Positions 35,045 through 44,635 of a DNA stretch of 57,567 nt are shown in pieces. How positions within the stretch are numbered: the first letter of the stretch is position 1; every line of letters begins with the position of its first letter. The stretch is from assembly GCA_963789635.1 (NCBI GenBank), contig CAWBLF010000001.1, positions 1-57,567 on the forward strand, written 5' to 3'. The notes below the pieces were generated by a model. It was not told where the DNA came from and made no database searches. It saw nothing but the letters and a program-made list of their open reading frames with translations. Source of the DNA: an uncultured bacterium (GTDB lineage: Bacteria > Patescibacteriota > Minisyncoccia > Phycocordibacterales > Zambryskibacteraceae). The position numbers were made by a program, and so were the translations under genes.

Positions 35045-36808
35045 TTATGGACCCAAATTTATTTGTGTTTGTTGCCACGAACTGCCCACCGAGACGGAAC
35101 CCGTGTATGTGGTGTAACCAGTTTTTGAAACTGAAATGGAATATGTTCCGGCAGGCAATTCGGTAAATACCACTTGACCGGGTGGAATACAACCGGAGGT
35201 GAAGGTCAGAGCCACATCGGAAATATCAGGCGAATACGTGGTGCTTGCGGTGTTGAGAAAAACTTTGTACCTGAAGTATCGCGTATTGGCGTTGGCTGAA
35301 CCGATATTGTTGTTGGTCGTGTTGTAATATGTTCCTGAAGTACCGTCCGGACCGACAAAATTCCAGGTGGTGTTGTCATTATTTGATGCGACTTGAAATT
35401 GGACATTTGGACTACCCGTCTGCACCGGTTGAGAAAGAGGGTCCCATGTTATTTGACTAAAATTACTTGTAGTTCCGGTATCAAAAGTTGACGAGGTGAG
35501 ATTGCCACTTGGTGCATATGAACCCAAAATATTATTTAGAGTGAGATCTCCGACTGGAGAATTTACCGATACATTGCCATCGGAAGAATAGTAGGCCGAT
35601 GGATTACCAACACTGCCTTGCCCCGCCCCGCCCGACCAGTCGGTTTGAGAAATTGAACCCAACCCTGTGATAAAGGTGTTGGAATATCCGTTGCCCGTCA
35701 GTGAAACAGTCGCTCCGGAGAGTGGCAGGCCTGAATTTCCGTCATTGACAGTTACCAAAAGAATGTCAGGGGTATCGGCAGTAACAACCAGTTGAACATT
35801 TTGTATCGAATTCGGCAAAACTGCAAACGGTAAAATAGGGTTGGTGCCCGCCAACCAATAACTCGAACCGTTTAGCGTCAAAGAGTAAGTATCCCATTCA
35901 AAATTTGGAATGGTAATCTGCCCGTTACCATCCAAAGAAAGGTTTTGATTGTATTTATAAATGTTTGGCGAGGTACCAATAAGTTTGGTACCGGTGAGAG
36001 TGAAAGAAAGATTTGGCACCGGAGTACAGGTCGAGGTGACTGCAGAGATATTTAGAGTACTGACTTTGTCAATGGAAAAACTGACTTGAGTCACCTGTTG
36101 TACGGCAACAGTGGCGTCTGGCGTGCTTGGATTGGGATTACTTATAGTGACGGGATAAGTCTGATCGCTGGTGTATCCGGATTTAGTGACGACAATATGA
36201 TAGGAGTTGTTGGAAGGGGGAGCATCTACAATCTCAAGCATTCCGTTGATGTCGGTAACATCGTTTATTGAAACGTTTGGAGTAATGGCGATGTTTGTAA
36301 CATTGACATTGGCTCCTACCACCGGCTGACCGTTTCCATCAAATACTTTAATAAACAATGCTCCGTTGGTAGAAGCAGTTTCTAGGCCCAGCGGGCTGAC
36401 CCTTGTGGTAACATCCATCTCTGAAAAATTTTTACACGTAGGACAACCAATATCGATTTCTACCATTTTATAATCCGCATCAGTACCCCCGTCAAAAGGA
36501 TCAATAATATTGCGAATGGTGGTCGTGGCATAAAATGTGACTCCGTTGCGGACATACACATTGACCGGGTTGAGAACGCCGGCAGGAATACCGCCTACCA
36601 ATCCCACCTGAGCGTAAGGAAGATTGCGCACAATTTCCAGTTGCTCGTTTACCAAATCTGTCGCGGTCAATTTGGTTTGGGCACTGCTTACCAGCGACAT
36701 AAGTGTGGCGTAACTTTGATATAGGGTTATCGCCACAAGAGAAAAGACTGCTACCGCCACCAACACTTCGACTAGTGTAAATCCATTGTTGCCTCTATTG
36801 TGCATCAT
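35045..36808 (-). CDS. large prepilin-type N-terminal domain protein (587 aa)
   Basis: NNGFTLVEVLVAVAVFSLVAITL class III signal followed by a beta-rich Thr/Asn-rich region. Confidence 0.75.
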   Translation of the reverse strand: MMHNRGNNGFTLVEVLVAVAVFSLVAITLYQSYATLMSLVSSAQTKLTATDLVNEQLEIVRNLPYAQVGLVGGIPAGVLNPVNVYVRNGVTFYATTTIRNIIDPFDGGTDADYKMVEIDIGCPTCKNFSEMDVTTRVSPLGLETASTNGALFIKVFDGNGQPVVGANVNVTNIAITPNVSINDVTDINGMLEIVDAPPSNNSYHIVVTKSGYTSDQTYPVTISNPNPSTPDATVAVQQVTQVSFSIDKVSTLNISAVTSTCTPVPNLSFTLTGTKLIGTSPNIYKYNQNLSLDGNGQITIPNFEWDTYSLTLNGSSYWLAGTNPILPFAVLPNSIQNVQLVVTADTPDILLVTVNDGNSGLPLSGATVSLTGNGYSNTFITGLGSISQTDWSGGAGQGSVGNPSAYYSSDGNVSVNSPVGDLTLNNILGSYAPSGNLTSSTFDTGTTSNFSQITWDPLSQPVQTGSPNVQFQVASNNDNTTWNFVGPDGTSGTYYNTTNNNIGSANANTRYFRYKVFLNTASTTYSPDISDVALTFTSGCIPPGQVVFTELPAGTYSISVSKTGYTTYTGSVSVGSSWQQTQINLGP

Positions 36809-36814
36809 ATGCGT

Positions 36815-38035
36815 TTATTGTATGACGTTAACCAAAGAATACATTGGTGAAAGCATCGAAACGGCAAAAAATCCTACTCCAATACCCATCACCACCATCA
36901 GTAGTGGCTCGATGATTGTGGACATATCTTTTGTCTTTTGATCCACGTCTTCTTCGTAGTAAACAGCCACTCCGAGGAGCATTTCTGCCATTTTGCCAGT
37001 TTCCTCACCGACGTTAATCATTTCTCCGACAAAAACCGGATATAATTTTTCATTTGCTATAAAAATATCAGACATTGGTTCACCCTTTTGAATAGTTTTC
37101 TGAGCCATCTCCAACACTTCTTTGTAATACGAATTTTGCAGGACGTCGCGTGTCACTTCAATCGCCACCACAATGTCCACTCCGGAAGAAAGAAGGGAAG
37201 ACAGTGTGCGTGTGGTACGCGCTGAATTTATTTCTTTGGTAATCGGACCGACAATGGGAGAGTGGAGAATCAGATAATCCGCAATTCTTTTGCCACTTTT
37301 GCTCTTTCCTCCGAAAAAGATAAATAGGGCTACAAAGAGCACCGCCACCAATGTCGCTATGTAGTGGTTTTTTAAAAAATTGCTCAGATTGATGATAAAC
37401 ATCGTGCTGGCCGGCAGTTGGGCGCCAAGACCAGCAAAAGTGGATGATAATGTCGGCACCACATAAAGGAGCATCAGTATCCCGATGGCCACCATAATGG
37501 TCAAAACCACGCCAGGGTAGATGAGTGCTCCGCGGATTTTCTTTGTCAATTGGTTAGATTTATCCATTTGCGAGGAGACGACCTTGAGCGACCCTGCGAG
37601 GTTACCACTCTCCTCTCCCGCCTTTACCATCGAAATAAAAAGTGAAGAAAAAACATCGCCCATGCTTCTCATTGAATCGGAAAGAGTTTTTCCTTTGCTT
37701 ACATCATTGTTTAAATTATTTAAAACTTTTTTTAGTTTATTATTTTTGGTTTGCTTCTCCATTACCGACAGCGAACGTGTTACGGAAAGTCCGGCTTCGA
37801 TCATAGAAGCGAGATTTCGGGCAAAAATAATTTTTTCCTGTGTGCTGATTCTTGAAATAAGAGATTCAAAGGATTGGAGTGTCTTTGCGGAACCGCTCTT
37901 TTTTTCGGACACGGAAATGACAACCCCCCCGCTTTCTTTTACAATTTTATACACCGCAAAACGGTCTGCGGCGTCTGTTTCGCTCTCGTACATCTTCCCT
38001 TCCTTGTCTTGCGCTTTATATGAAAAAATCGGCAT
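36815..38035 (-). CDS. pilC: type IV pilus platform protein PilC (GspF family)
   Basis: Two GspF repeats with 3 TM segments. Start set at ATG 38035 (MPIFSYKAQDKEGK), 4 nt after the pilB stop. Confidence 0.85.
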   Translation of the reverse strand: MPIFSYKAQDKEGKMYESETDAADRFAVYKIVKESGGVVISVSEKKSGSAKTLQSFESLISRISTQEKIIFARNLASMIEAGLSVTRSLSVMEKQTKNNKLKKVLNNLNNDVSKGKTLSDSMRSMGDVFSSLFISMVKAGEESGNLAGSLKVVSSQMDKSNQLTKKIRGALIYPGVVLTIMVAIGILMLLYVVPTLSSTFAGLGAQLPASTMFIINLSNFLKNHYIATLVAVLFVALFIFFGGKSKSGKRIADYLILHSPIVGPITKEINSARTTRTLSSLLSSGVDIVVAIEVTRDVLQNSYYKEVLEMAQKTIQKGEPMSDIFIANEKLYPVFVGEMINVGEETGKMAEMLLGVAVYYEEDVDQKTKDMSTIIEPLLMVVMGIGVGFFAVSMLSPMYSLVNVIQ

Positions 38036-38039
38036 AGTA

Positions 38040-39797
38040 TTAATCTTCGGACACCACTCTAAGCACCTCTTCCACCGTCGTAATGCCCTGGACAGCCTTA
38101 AATACTCCGTCTTCAAGCATAGTGAGCATTCCCTCTTTTTTGGCTTGTTCTTCGATATCCTCCGTGGTCACGCCTTTCATAATCAAATCTTTGATTGAAG
38201 TCGTCACCTTTAGCACTTCGTGAATACCTATGCGACTTTTGTATCCATCTTCCGTGTCTGCTCCGGGTTTTGGTTTGTACATTGGCATGCCTTCCCATTT
38301 GGCGTCCTTATCCACTATTTTTTCCAATTTTAATGCATCCATCACTCTGTCCAGGTCTACAATTTTTTGCAGTTGTTCTATTTCCACTTTGGTTAAAAGA
38401 TATTTTTCTTTGGTTTCGGCAAGTTGTCGGATGAGACGTTGGGCAATAATGACGGAGAGAGTCGAAGTGAGAAGGAACGGTTCAATTTTCATATCAATCA
38501 GACGAGCAATGGTGCCGGCCGCAGAGTTTGTGTGAAGTGTAGACAGCACCAAGTGTCCTGTCAGCGCCGCGTTCACAGCCAGCGAAGCTGTCTCCCCGTC
38601 GCGAATTTCTCCGACCATGATTACGTCGGGGTCTTGTCGCACCAATGTGCGTAAACCTGAAGCAAAAGTAAAACCTATCTCCGGTTTCACCTGCGTTTGG
38701 TTGATACGCTTCATTTGATATTCAATCGGGTCTTCGATGGTGGAAATATTAACGTCCGGAGTGTTTAAAATATCAAGAATGGTATAAAGCGTGGTCGTTT
38801 TTCCGGAACCGGTCGGTCCGGTGGTCAGTATCATACCGGTAGCAAGCTTGCTTGCTTTATGAAGTTTTTCCAACCCTTCGCCATGAAAACCCAATCCTTC
38901 CAAGGTAAAACCTGAAACATTTTCACGCAAAAGACGCATCACGGTTTTTTCGCCATAGTAAACGGGTAAAGTGGAGACACGAAAAGAAACTTTTTCTCCA
39001 TTCATATCTATCTTAAATCGTCCATCTTGAGGAATGCGTTTTTCATCAAGCTTCAGATTGGAAAGCACTTTGATACGCGCCGTGATGCCGTTGGCGACAT
39101 TTTTTGGCAGGACCATCGCATCGTGAAGAATTCCGTCAATGCGATATCTCACTATCACCTGCGTCTCCGCCGGCTCAATATGAATGTCTGAAGCGTCTTG
39201 AAGGATTGCGTGTTTTAAAAGTGTATCCACTATACGCACCACGGGCACATCGTCGGCCAGTTTTTTCAAATCTTCTTCACTTACTTCTTCTTCACCGTTT
39301 TTTTCCGAAATGGCTTTCAGATTTGTCGCTTCTTTTTGAATGATATCGCCGAACTCCGCTTTCAAACTCTTTTGGTAATTGAGCAGAGCATGTTTCATGC
39401 TATCGTCATCGGTCAATCTGGGTAAAATTTTTAATCCCGTCTTTTTGCGGACAAAATCGATGGCCGTGAGGTCTTCGGTATCAAGCATCGCTACTTCCAA
39501 ATTATCGCCCACCTTGCGAAAGGCCACGATGTTGTGATTTCTGGCTATTGGCTCGGGAATGAGCGAGAGTACTTCCATCTCAAGGTGTTGTTCTTTGAGG
39601 TCCACAAATGGAATACCGAGGATATAAGCTTGCATTCGGCGCAAATCATCTTCGGTCAAACTGCCTTTATTGACCAAAATTTTTCCCACGCTTGTTCCGC
39701 TTTCTTCGGATTCTTTTTCCGCTTTTGTAAGGTCGGAACGGGAAACAAGTCCGGAGTCAAGAATAAATTCTTTTAGTTGTTTTTCTTCAATGTGCAT
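38040..39797 (-). CDS. pilB: type IV pilus assembly ATPase PilB (GspE family)
   Basis: Walker A TGPTGSGKTT, Asp box, MVGEIRD (Walker B) and a His box. Confidence 0.9.
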   Translation of the reverse strand: MHIEEKQLKEFILDSGLVSRSDLTKAEKESEESGTSVGKILVNKGSLTEDDLRRMQAYILGIPFVDLKEQHLEMEVLSLIPEPIARNHNIVAFRKVGDNLEVAMLDTEDLTAIDFVRKKTGLKILPRLTDDDSMKHALLNYQKSLKAEFGDIIQKEATNLKAISEKNGEEEVSEEDLKKLADDVPVVRIVDTLLKHAILQDASDIHIEPAETQVIVRYRIDGILHDAMVLPKNVANGITARIKVLSNLKLDEKRIPQDGRFKIDMNGEKVSFRVSTLPVYYGEKTVMRLLRENVSGFTLEGLGFHGEGLEKLHKASKLATGMILTTGPTGSGKTTTLYTILDILNTPDVNISTIEDPIEYQMKRINQTQVKPEIGFTFASGLRTLVRQDPDVIMVGEIRDGETASLAVNAALTGHLVLSTLHTNSAAGTIARLIDMKIEPFLLTSTLSVIIAQRLIRQLAETKEKYLLTKVEIEQLQKIVDLDRVMDALKLEKIVDKDAKWEGMPMYKPKPGADTEDGYKSRIGIHEVLKVTTSIKDLIMKGVTTEDIEEQAKKEGMLTMLEDGVFKAVQGITTVEEVLRVVSED

Positions 39798-39968
39798 ATA
39801 AAGAGTGAATAGTGAGGAACGAATGACGAATAACGATTATTCTGAGCTCATCTTGCTTCACATATTGTAACAGAAATTTTTTTACGGTGTACACAACACC
39901 GCGCTTCGCCTTGCAAAACGCGGTGTTTCTTTCTTATTCCTACTTCGTAATTCGTAATTCCCTTTGGT

Positions 39969-42900
39969 CTAGAACTCCTTAAACGCTGGGTTAATCACGA
40001 CCTGCACCGAAGCCGAAGCGCTACCGGTATTACCCAGACTGTCTTTGACGGTGCATGTCGCGGTCTTCGTCCCTACCGTCTGATATGTGATGCTAAATGA
40101 TCCTGACGCAGGTGGCGGACTGGGGAAATCAGTGCCCGAACAAGTATAAGTGTATGGACCAGTCCCTCCTGTCACTATAAATTGCCACGACACCGAATTA
40201 CCCACGTATGCGGTCGGAGAAACGGAAGGAGTGACAGTCAAGCTAGTCGGGGCCGTCACATTGAGATTGAAGCTCGTGCTTTTGTTAACTCCACCACTTG
40301 TTCCATTCACTGTAATTGGGTAATTGCCGGTAGCCACACTAGATGGGGCAGTTATGTTGATAAATATATTACATGTCGGATTGCAACCGTTGTTTGCATA
40401 ATTGTATGCCAAGTTTGCGGGAGCTCCAGATATGGATAATATCACCCCTTGAGTGGAACCGCTGTTTAGAGTAACCGCGATTGTTTCCTGCTGTTGCGAT
40501 CCGCCTTGAGCAACAACCAATGTCCCTTGATTTGGCGAAAGACTATAACTGTAGGTGGAACAACTTATGCCATTCCAACTGCTTCCCGATGCGCAACTTG
40601 TGGTGACATTAGTTTGAGCAAGCAATAAGCTGTTGTTATAGAGGAAAAAGTTCACACCTGAAGAGTTGTAAGGAACGGTGAAGTTTTGTGAACCATTATT
40701 TCCATTCGAAGGACTTGGCGTCCCAGTCGGACTGGTGACCGCCGAAGTGGCCACTGGGTTGGTCGTTGTCCACGTGAGACTTTGTGTACAACTACTTGCA
40801 CCGGAGGCGATAGTGCAGGTCGGGTTCAATGGGGTCAGAGTACCTGCCATTGTGCCACCGGCGGTACAAGCGCTACCGCTCCACGCTGTACCAGAAACGC
40901 AAACAGTACTGACATTTGTTTGGGCAAGAATAGTGCCGTTGTTATACAAATAAAAATTAACTCCAGATGGGTTATAAGGAGCACTGAAACTCTGCGAACC
41001 GTTGTTACTAGTTATCGGACTTGGCGTTCCGCTTGGGCTGGTAACTTGTGAAGTTCCTATTGGGTTAGTAGTTGTCCAAGTCAAAGTCTGAGCGCAACTG
41101 TTTGCACCTGATGCGATAGTACAAGTTGGATTAAGTGGAGTGAGTGTTCCCGTCGGAAGAGCGGTTGTCGTAAATGTTGCAGTTGGAGAATACCCTGTTC
41201 CAGCGCTGTTTGTGGCATACCCGCGATAATAATACAGAGTGCCTGGAGTCATACCCGTTCTGGATTGTGAATATGTTCCTGTAACTGTACCTCCTTCTGG
41301 TACGCAATTTGTCGTTGGTGAAGTCGTGGTTCCCCAGCACGTACCACGGGCCGATATAACAGCCGGACTACCCAAAGACGTGACGTTTGCCCCCAACAAA
41401 GCGCTCGTCGTTGTAATGGTTGTGGCAGTAGGAGTCGTGACAGTCGGTACAGCATTGGCTACGCAACTTGTGCCATTCCATGTACTTCCAGACGCGCAAG
41501 TGACATTTAGAGTAAATGACGTTGAATGAGTAATAGTCGTAGCAGGACTGTATGTAATAACAATCACACCTGAAGCACCGTTGCCACCCTTTGTACTGAA
41601 ACCAGAATTAGAACCGCTACCTCCACCACCATAAAGCCCTCCATTAGATCCGTTGTTATAAGCGCCTGTACCATTATTATTACTCCCTGGACCACTGGCA
41701 CCACTTCCCGAGCCAGCTGTTCCCCATTCGGTACCGTTGTTACCAATGGCACCAACACAATAGCCACTGAAATTAATGACGGAGGACACTGTGGCGCCTC
41801 CCGAACCCGCATCTCCTGCGCCACCAGCACCACAAGCCTGACCAGCTGGCGCGCCTCCAGCCTGACCGGGTCCGTTGGGTCCTGCGGCTCCTCCACCTCC
41901 ACCGGCATCAGTATAGTTGGTATTAATAGAATCTGAATTTCCACCATTTCCGCCAGAATAACCTGTGCCATATAACACAGTTCCTCCTGTGCCTCCGACC
42001 AGATTTCCACCACTAAAGCTATTCAATCCTGGTTGACCACCACCTGCACCTACTGTTGTATTGTTAAATGTGGTGTTTCCCCCCGCGGTTGCGTTTACAC
42101 TTGACGACTGTCCGCCCGTACCACCAGCACCTATAGTTATTGGAATATAACCTCCGGGGGAAAGCGTCACATTGGATACTTTGGCATATGCACCACCTCC
42201 ACCACCCACATCTGAATAGTAAGAAAAGTCAGATCCACCACCACCACCACCAATAACCTCAATTTTATTACTGGAATTATTCCAATCAGACGGGACTGTC
42301 CAGCCTGTTCCACTAGTCAAAATAATTGTTTTCGCCGCGCCTGCGGAATTTGCTGTTCCCGTCACGGTAATCGGATAAGTGCCATATGTCGCGCTAGCTC
42401 CCACTGTAAAGTTGACAAGAGAATTGCAAGCCGGTGAGCATCCCTGATTTGTGTAAGTAAATGTGACATTGGCGGGTGCGCCGCTGGCTGTTATCGTCAC
42501 CGGCTGAGATGTCCCAGAAAGGACAGTAAGCGGAATAGTCTCCGAGCCGGATGAACCTTGGGCAATACTTATTGTTCCGCTGTTGGAAATACCGAAGTCA
42601 AAACCGCCTCCGCTTGCTGTCACTGTCACAGTGCCTGAACCGGAACCATTGCCGTTGGCGTTTGAACAAACTTTTGTATAGGTCGTTGTTGAACCAGGAT
42701 AAACAGTGACCGAGCCAGACAGGGCGGTTGACCCACTCCACGCATCGGTGGAACATGATGTCGCTCCGCTGGAACTCCATGTGATAGTCGTTGAACCGCC
42801 GGAAGTGACGCTTGATGGCGAAGCGGAAACAGTAACTGTCGGGACACTGCCCGCCGTCACCGTTAGCATAGCCGAGCCGGAATTACTGCCGTTGGCGTTT

Positions 42901-43868
42901 GAACAAACTTCCGTATAAGTCGTTGTGGAACCGGGATTGACCACGACTGACCCCGACAGAGCGGTTGAACCGCCGTTCCAAGAATTACTGCTACACGATG
43001 TCGCTCCGCTGGAACTCCACGAAATTGTGGACGAACCGCCGGAGGTGACGCTCGAAGGAGAAGCGGTAACTGTCACAGTCGGGACACTGCCGGAACACGA
43101 GCCTCCCACCGCGTCGGAAGCGGAAACTGAAACTGATGCACTACCTGTCTTTCCACTACTACTATTTGTACAGGTTATTGAATAACTTAAAGGACTGGTG
43201 GCAGGATGAACAAGTTGGCTTCCCGACACCGCTGTAGAAGCGGTCCACGGAGCGGAACAGGAAGTGGCATTACTTGAAGACCACGTCAGAGTGGTGCCCG
43301 CACTGCATGAAAATGGGTTTGGTGAAGCGGAAAGAGTTGCAGTGACGTTAGGAGATGTAGGTAGTAAGTACCAATTAATCATGTAGTTGTCGCTATCCCC
43401 TGGAAAAACAATTAATGATGTTGGCGTTACGGTTGTCCCAGTCACCTGATACCCGCTGGGGGCGGTCAGTGGATTAATACACTCGGATATTCCGCTGGAG
43501 GTCGGATATAACGTATAAGGTGAAGTCGTATGACCTGTGCAAGATTGCCAAGTTCCTCCCATGGGGTTTTGAGTCACGGATACAGAAGCCGAAGCCGTAA
43601 AAGTCACGGTCTGGCTGGCTACCGCTATCTGGCTTGGGGCTGATGGTGGATATTGTGGACAACCAAGTGTCCCCGGCCATGCGTCGTTTGTTGAATATAC
43701 TGTGATACCGCCATCACAGCTAAGCTGATAAACAGTAAGCGTGTATGATTCGCTGTCGGAGGAGGCAGTGGTGCTCCAAGTTCCACTCAGTGTTCCGGGA
43801 GTATAAGTGCCTCCTTGCGTATTGCTCAATGAAGCCATGGGACAACCACTACTAAATGACCATGCCAC
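39969..43868 (-). CDS. giant Thr/Ser/Gly-rich repeat surface protein, main reading frame (1299 aa)
   Basis: Ig-like tandem repeats (..TVTASPSSVTSGGS.TI.WSSSGATSCS..), a central glycine-rich block (IEVIGGGGGGSDF...GGNGASGVIVITY) and further repeats. Continues upstream into 43894-44269 after a frame break. Confidence 0.8.
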   Translation of the reverse strand: MAWSFSSGCPMASLSNTQGGTYTPGTLSGTWSTTASSDSESYTLTVYQLSCDGGITVYSTNDAWPGTLGCPQYPPSAPSQIAVASQTVTFTASASVSVTQNPMGGTWQSCTGHTTSPYTLYPTSSGISECINPLTAPSGYQVTGTTVTPTSLIVFPGDSDNYMINWYLLPTSPNVTATLSASPNPFSCSAGTTLTWSSSNATSCSAPWTASTAVSGSQLVHPATSPLSYSITCTNSSSGKTGSASVSVSASDAVGGSCSGSVPTVTVTASPSSVTSGGSSTISWSSSGATSCSSNSWNGGSTALSGSVVVNPGSTTTYTEVCSNANGSNSGSAMLTVTAGSVPTVTVSASPSSVTSGGSTTITWSSSGATSCSTDAWSGSTALSGSVTVYPGSTTTYTKVCSNANGNGSGSGTVTVTASGGGFDFGISNSGTISIAQGSSGSETIPLTVLSGTSQPVTITASGAPANVTFTYTNQGCSPACNSLVNFTVGASATYGTYPITVTGTANSAGAAKTIILTSGTGWTVPSDWNNSSNKIEVIGGGGGGSDFSYYSDVGGGGGAYAKVSNVTLSPGGYIPITIGAGGTGGQSSSVNATAGGNTTFNNTTVGAGGGQPGLNSFSGGNLVGGTGGTVLYGTGYSGGNGGNSDSINTNYTDAGGGGGAAGPNGPGQAGGAPAGQACGAGGAGDAGSGGATVSSVINFSGYCVGAIGNNGTEWGTAGSGSGASGPGSNNNGTGAYNNGSNGGLYGGGGSGSNSGFSTKGGNGASGVIVITYSPATTITHSTSFTLNVTCASGSTWNGTSCVANAVPTVTTPTATTITTTSALLGANVTSLGSPAVISARGTCWGTTTSPTTNCVPEGGTVTGTYSQSRTGMTPGTLYYYRGYATNSAGTGYSPTATFTTTALPTGTLTPLNPTCTIASGANSCAQTLTWTTTNPIGTSQVTSPSGTPSPITSNNGSQSFSAPYNPSGVNFYLYNNGTILAQTNVSTVCVSGTAWSGSACTAGGTMAGTLTPLNPTCTIASGASSCTQSLTWTTTNPVATSAVTSPTGTPSPSNGNNGSQNFTVPYNSSGVNFFLYNNSLLLAQTNVTTSCASGSSWNGISCSTYSYSLSPNQGTLVVAQGGSQQQETIAVTLNSGSTQGVILSISGAPANLAYNYANNGCNPTCNIFINITAPSSVATGNYPITVNGTSGGVNKSTSFNLNVTAPTSLTVTPSVSPTAYVGNSVSWQFIVTGGTGPYTYTCSGTDFPSPPPASGSFSITYQTVGTKTATCTVKDSLGNTGSASASVQVVINPAFKEF
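40555..41165 (-). repeat. two ~300-nt tandem coding repeats (GTLTPLNPTCTIASGA... modules)
   Basis: Protein segments TLTPLNPTCTIASGANSCAQTLTWTTTNP... and TLTPLNPTCTIASGASSCTQSLTWTTTNP... are consecutive. Coordinates approximate. Confidence 0.6.
41560..42310 (-). other. glycine-rich domain region of the giant protein
   Basis: WTVPSDW..IEVIGGGGGG..GGGGAY..VTLSPGGYIPITIGAGGTGG..AGGGGGAAGPNG..GASGVIVITY pattern. Coordinates approximate. Confidence 0.6.
42600..43090 (-). repeat. two ~243-nt tandem coding repeats (Ig-like SSVTSGGS.TI.WSSSGATSCS modules)
   Basis: Near-identical DNA blocks, e.g. cgatgtcgctccgctggaactcca...gaaccgccggaagtgacgct at about 42758 and about 43000. Coordinates approximate. 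Confidence 0.6.
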
Positions 43869-43893
43869 CGAAACATTGGTGGGAATTGACCCG

Positions 43894-44269
43894 CTACTTG
43901 GGAGTTACGGAAAGACTGTTTATAACACAGGATGGCGGGGCAGGTGCAGATACTGTCACCGAAACACTGCTCAAAACTGGGTCACCTGAGGTGTCCATGC
44001 ATGTCATTCTGTAGGTTGTAGTGGAAGGAGGTTGAACAGATTGACTCCCCGATGTTGCAGTAGAACCCGTCCAGCTGGCCGAACATGAGGATGCCTGAAG
44101 ATTAGTTCCGGACCATGTGATGGTGGATGACCCGCCGTTTGTACTTATGGTATTGGGACTTGCCGTCAGATTTAAGGTTCCTGTAGCGGCAAACACGTTA
44201 TTTGATGCCATTGTCAAAAATCCCAAAACAGCAATCAAAACAAAAAGGGTCCAAAGTAGTTTTTTTCAT
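43894..44269 (-). CDS. N-terminal fragment of the giant surface protein (signal peptide plus first Ig-like module), frame-broken at both ends
   Basis: ATG 44269 followed by A7. With A6 it would read MKKLLWTLFVLIAVLGFLTMASNNVFA (a signal peptide). The ORF ends at TAG 43894, and the +1 frame continues SSGSIPTNVSVAWSF into the 1299-aa ORF. Confidence 0.65.
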
Positions 44270-44349
44270 ATTAAGTTTAGAGTTAATTATTGTTCCCACT
44301 ATTATATCCCCTTTGTCTTGTTTAAATATCAAAATTATCCCCACATATA

Positions 44350-44388
44350 CATCAAAAAGAAAAGGCCCGACACTTATTGTGTCGGGCC
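44350..44388 (-). terminator. intrinsic terminator upstream of the surface-protein promoter region
   Basis: 10-bp stem ggcccgacac/gtgtcgggcc, with the minus strand followed by cuuuucuuuuugau. Confidence 0.75.
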
Positions 44389-44635
44389 GTGCCTGCGTAG
44401 CAGGCCATATATCATTCACACGAATCTTTACTACGGATTGAGGAGGTTACCCTGCTGGTCCGTCAAAACCACCCTTATTTTGGGCTTTCCTTGACTAATC
44501 ATCTCTCCCAAATGGTCATAGCCTAGACTGAAGCGAGTGTTGTTTTGACGCTCCAGGTCCCGAACCCTCCACAAAAGAAGTAGGTATGCCACATCTCTGG
44601 GTACTATTACTAATTGGGAAGTGAGATACGTGCAA

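Noticed and set aside
40555-43090. Tandem repeats that might be mistaken for a CRISPR array or a DGR variable/template repeat pair.
   Set aside because: The repeats are 243-300 nt, in frame and coding for Ig-like modules, with no short spacer-repeat alternation. No reverse transcriptase or cas gene occurs anywhere in the window.
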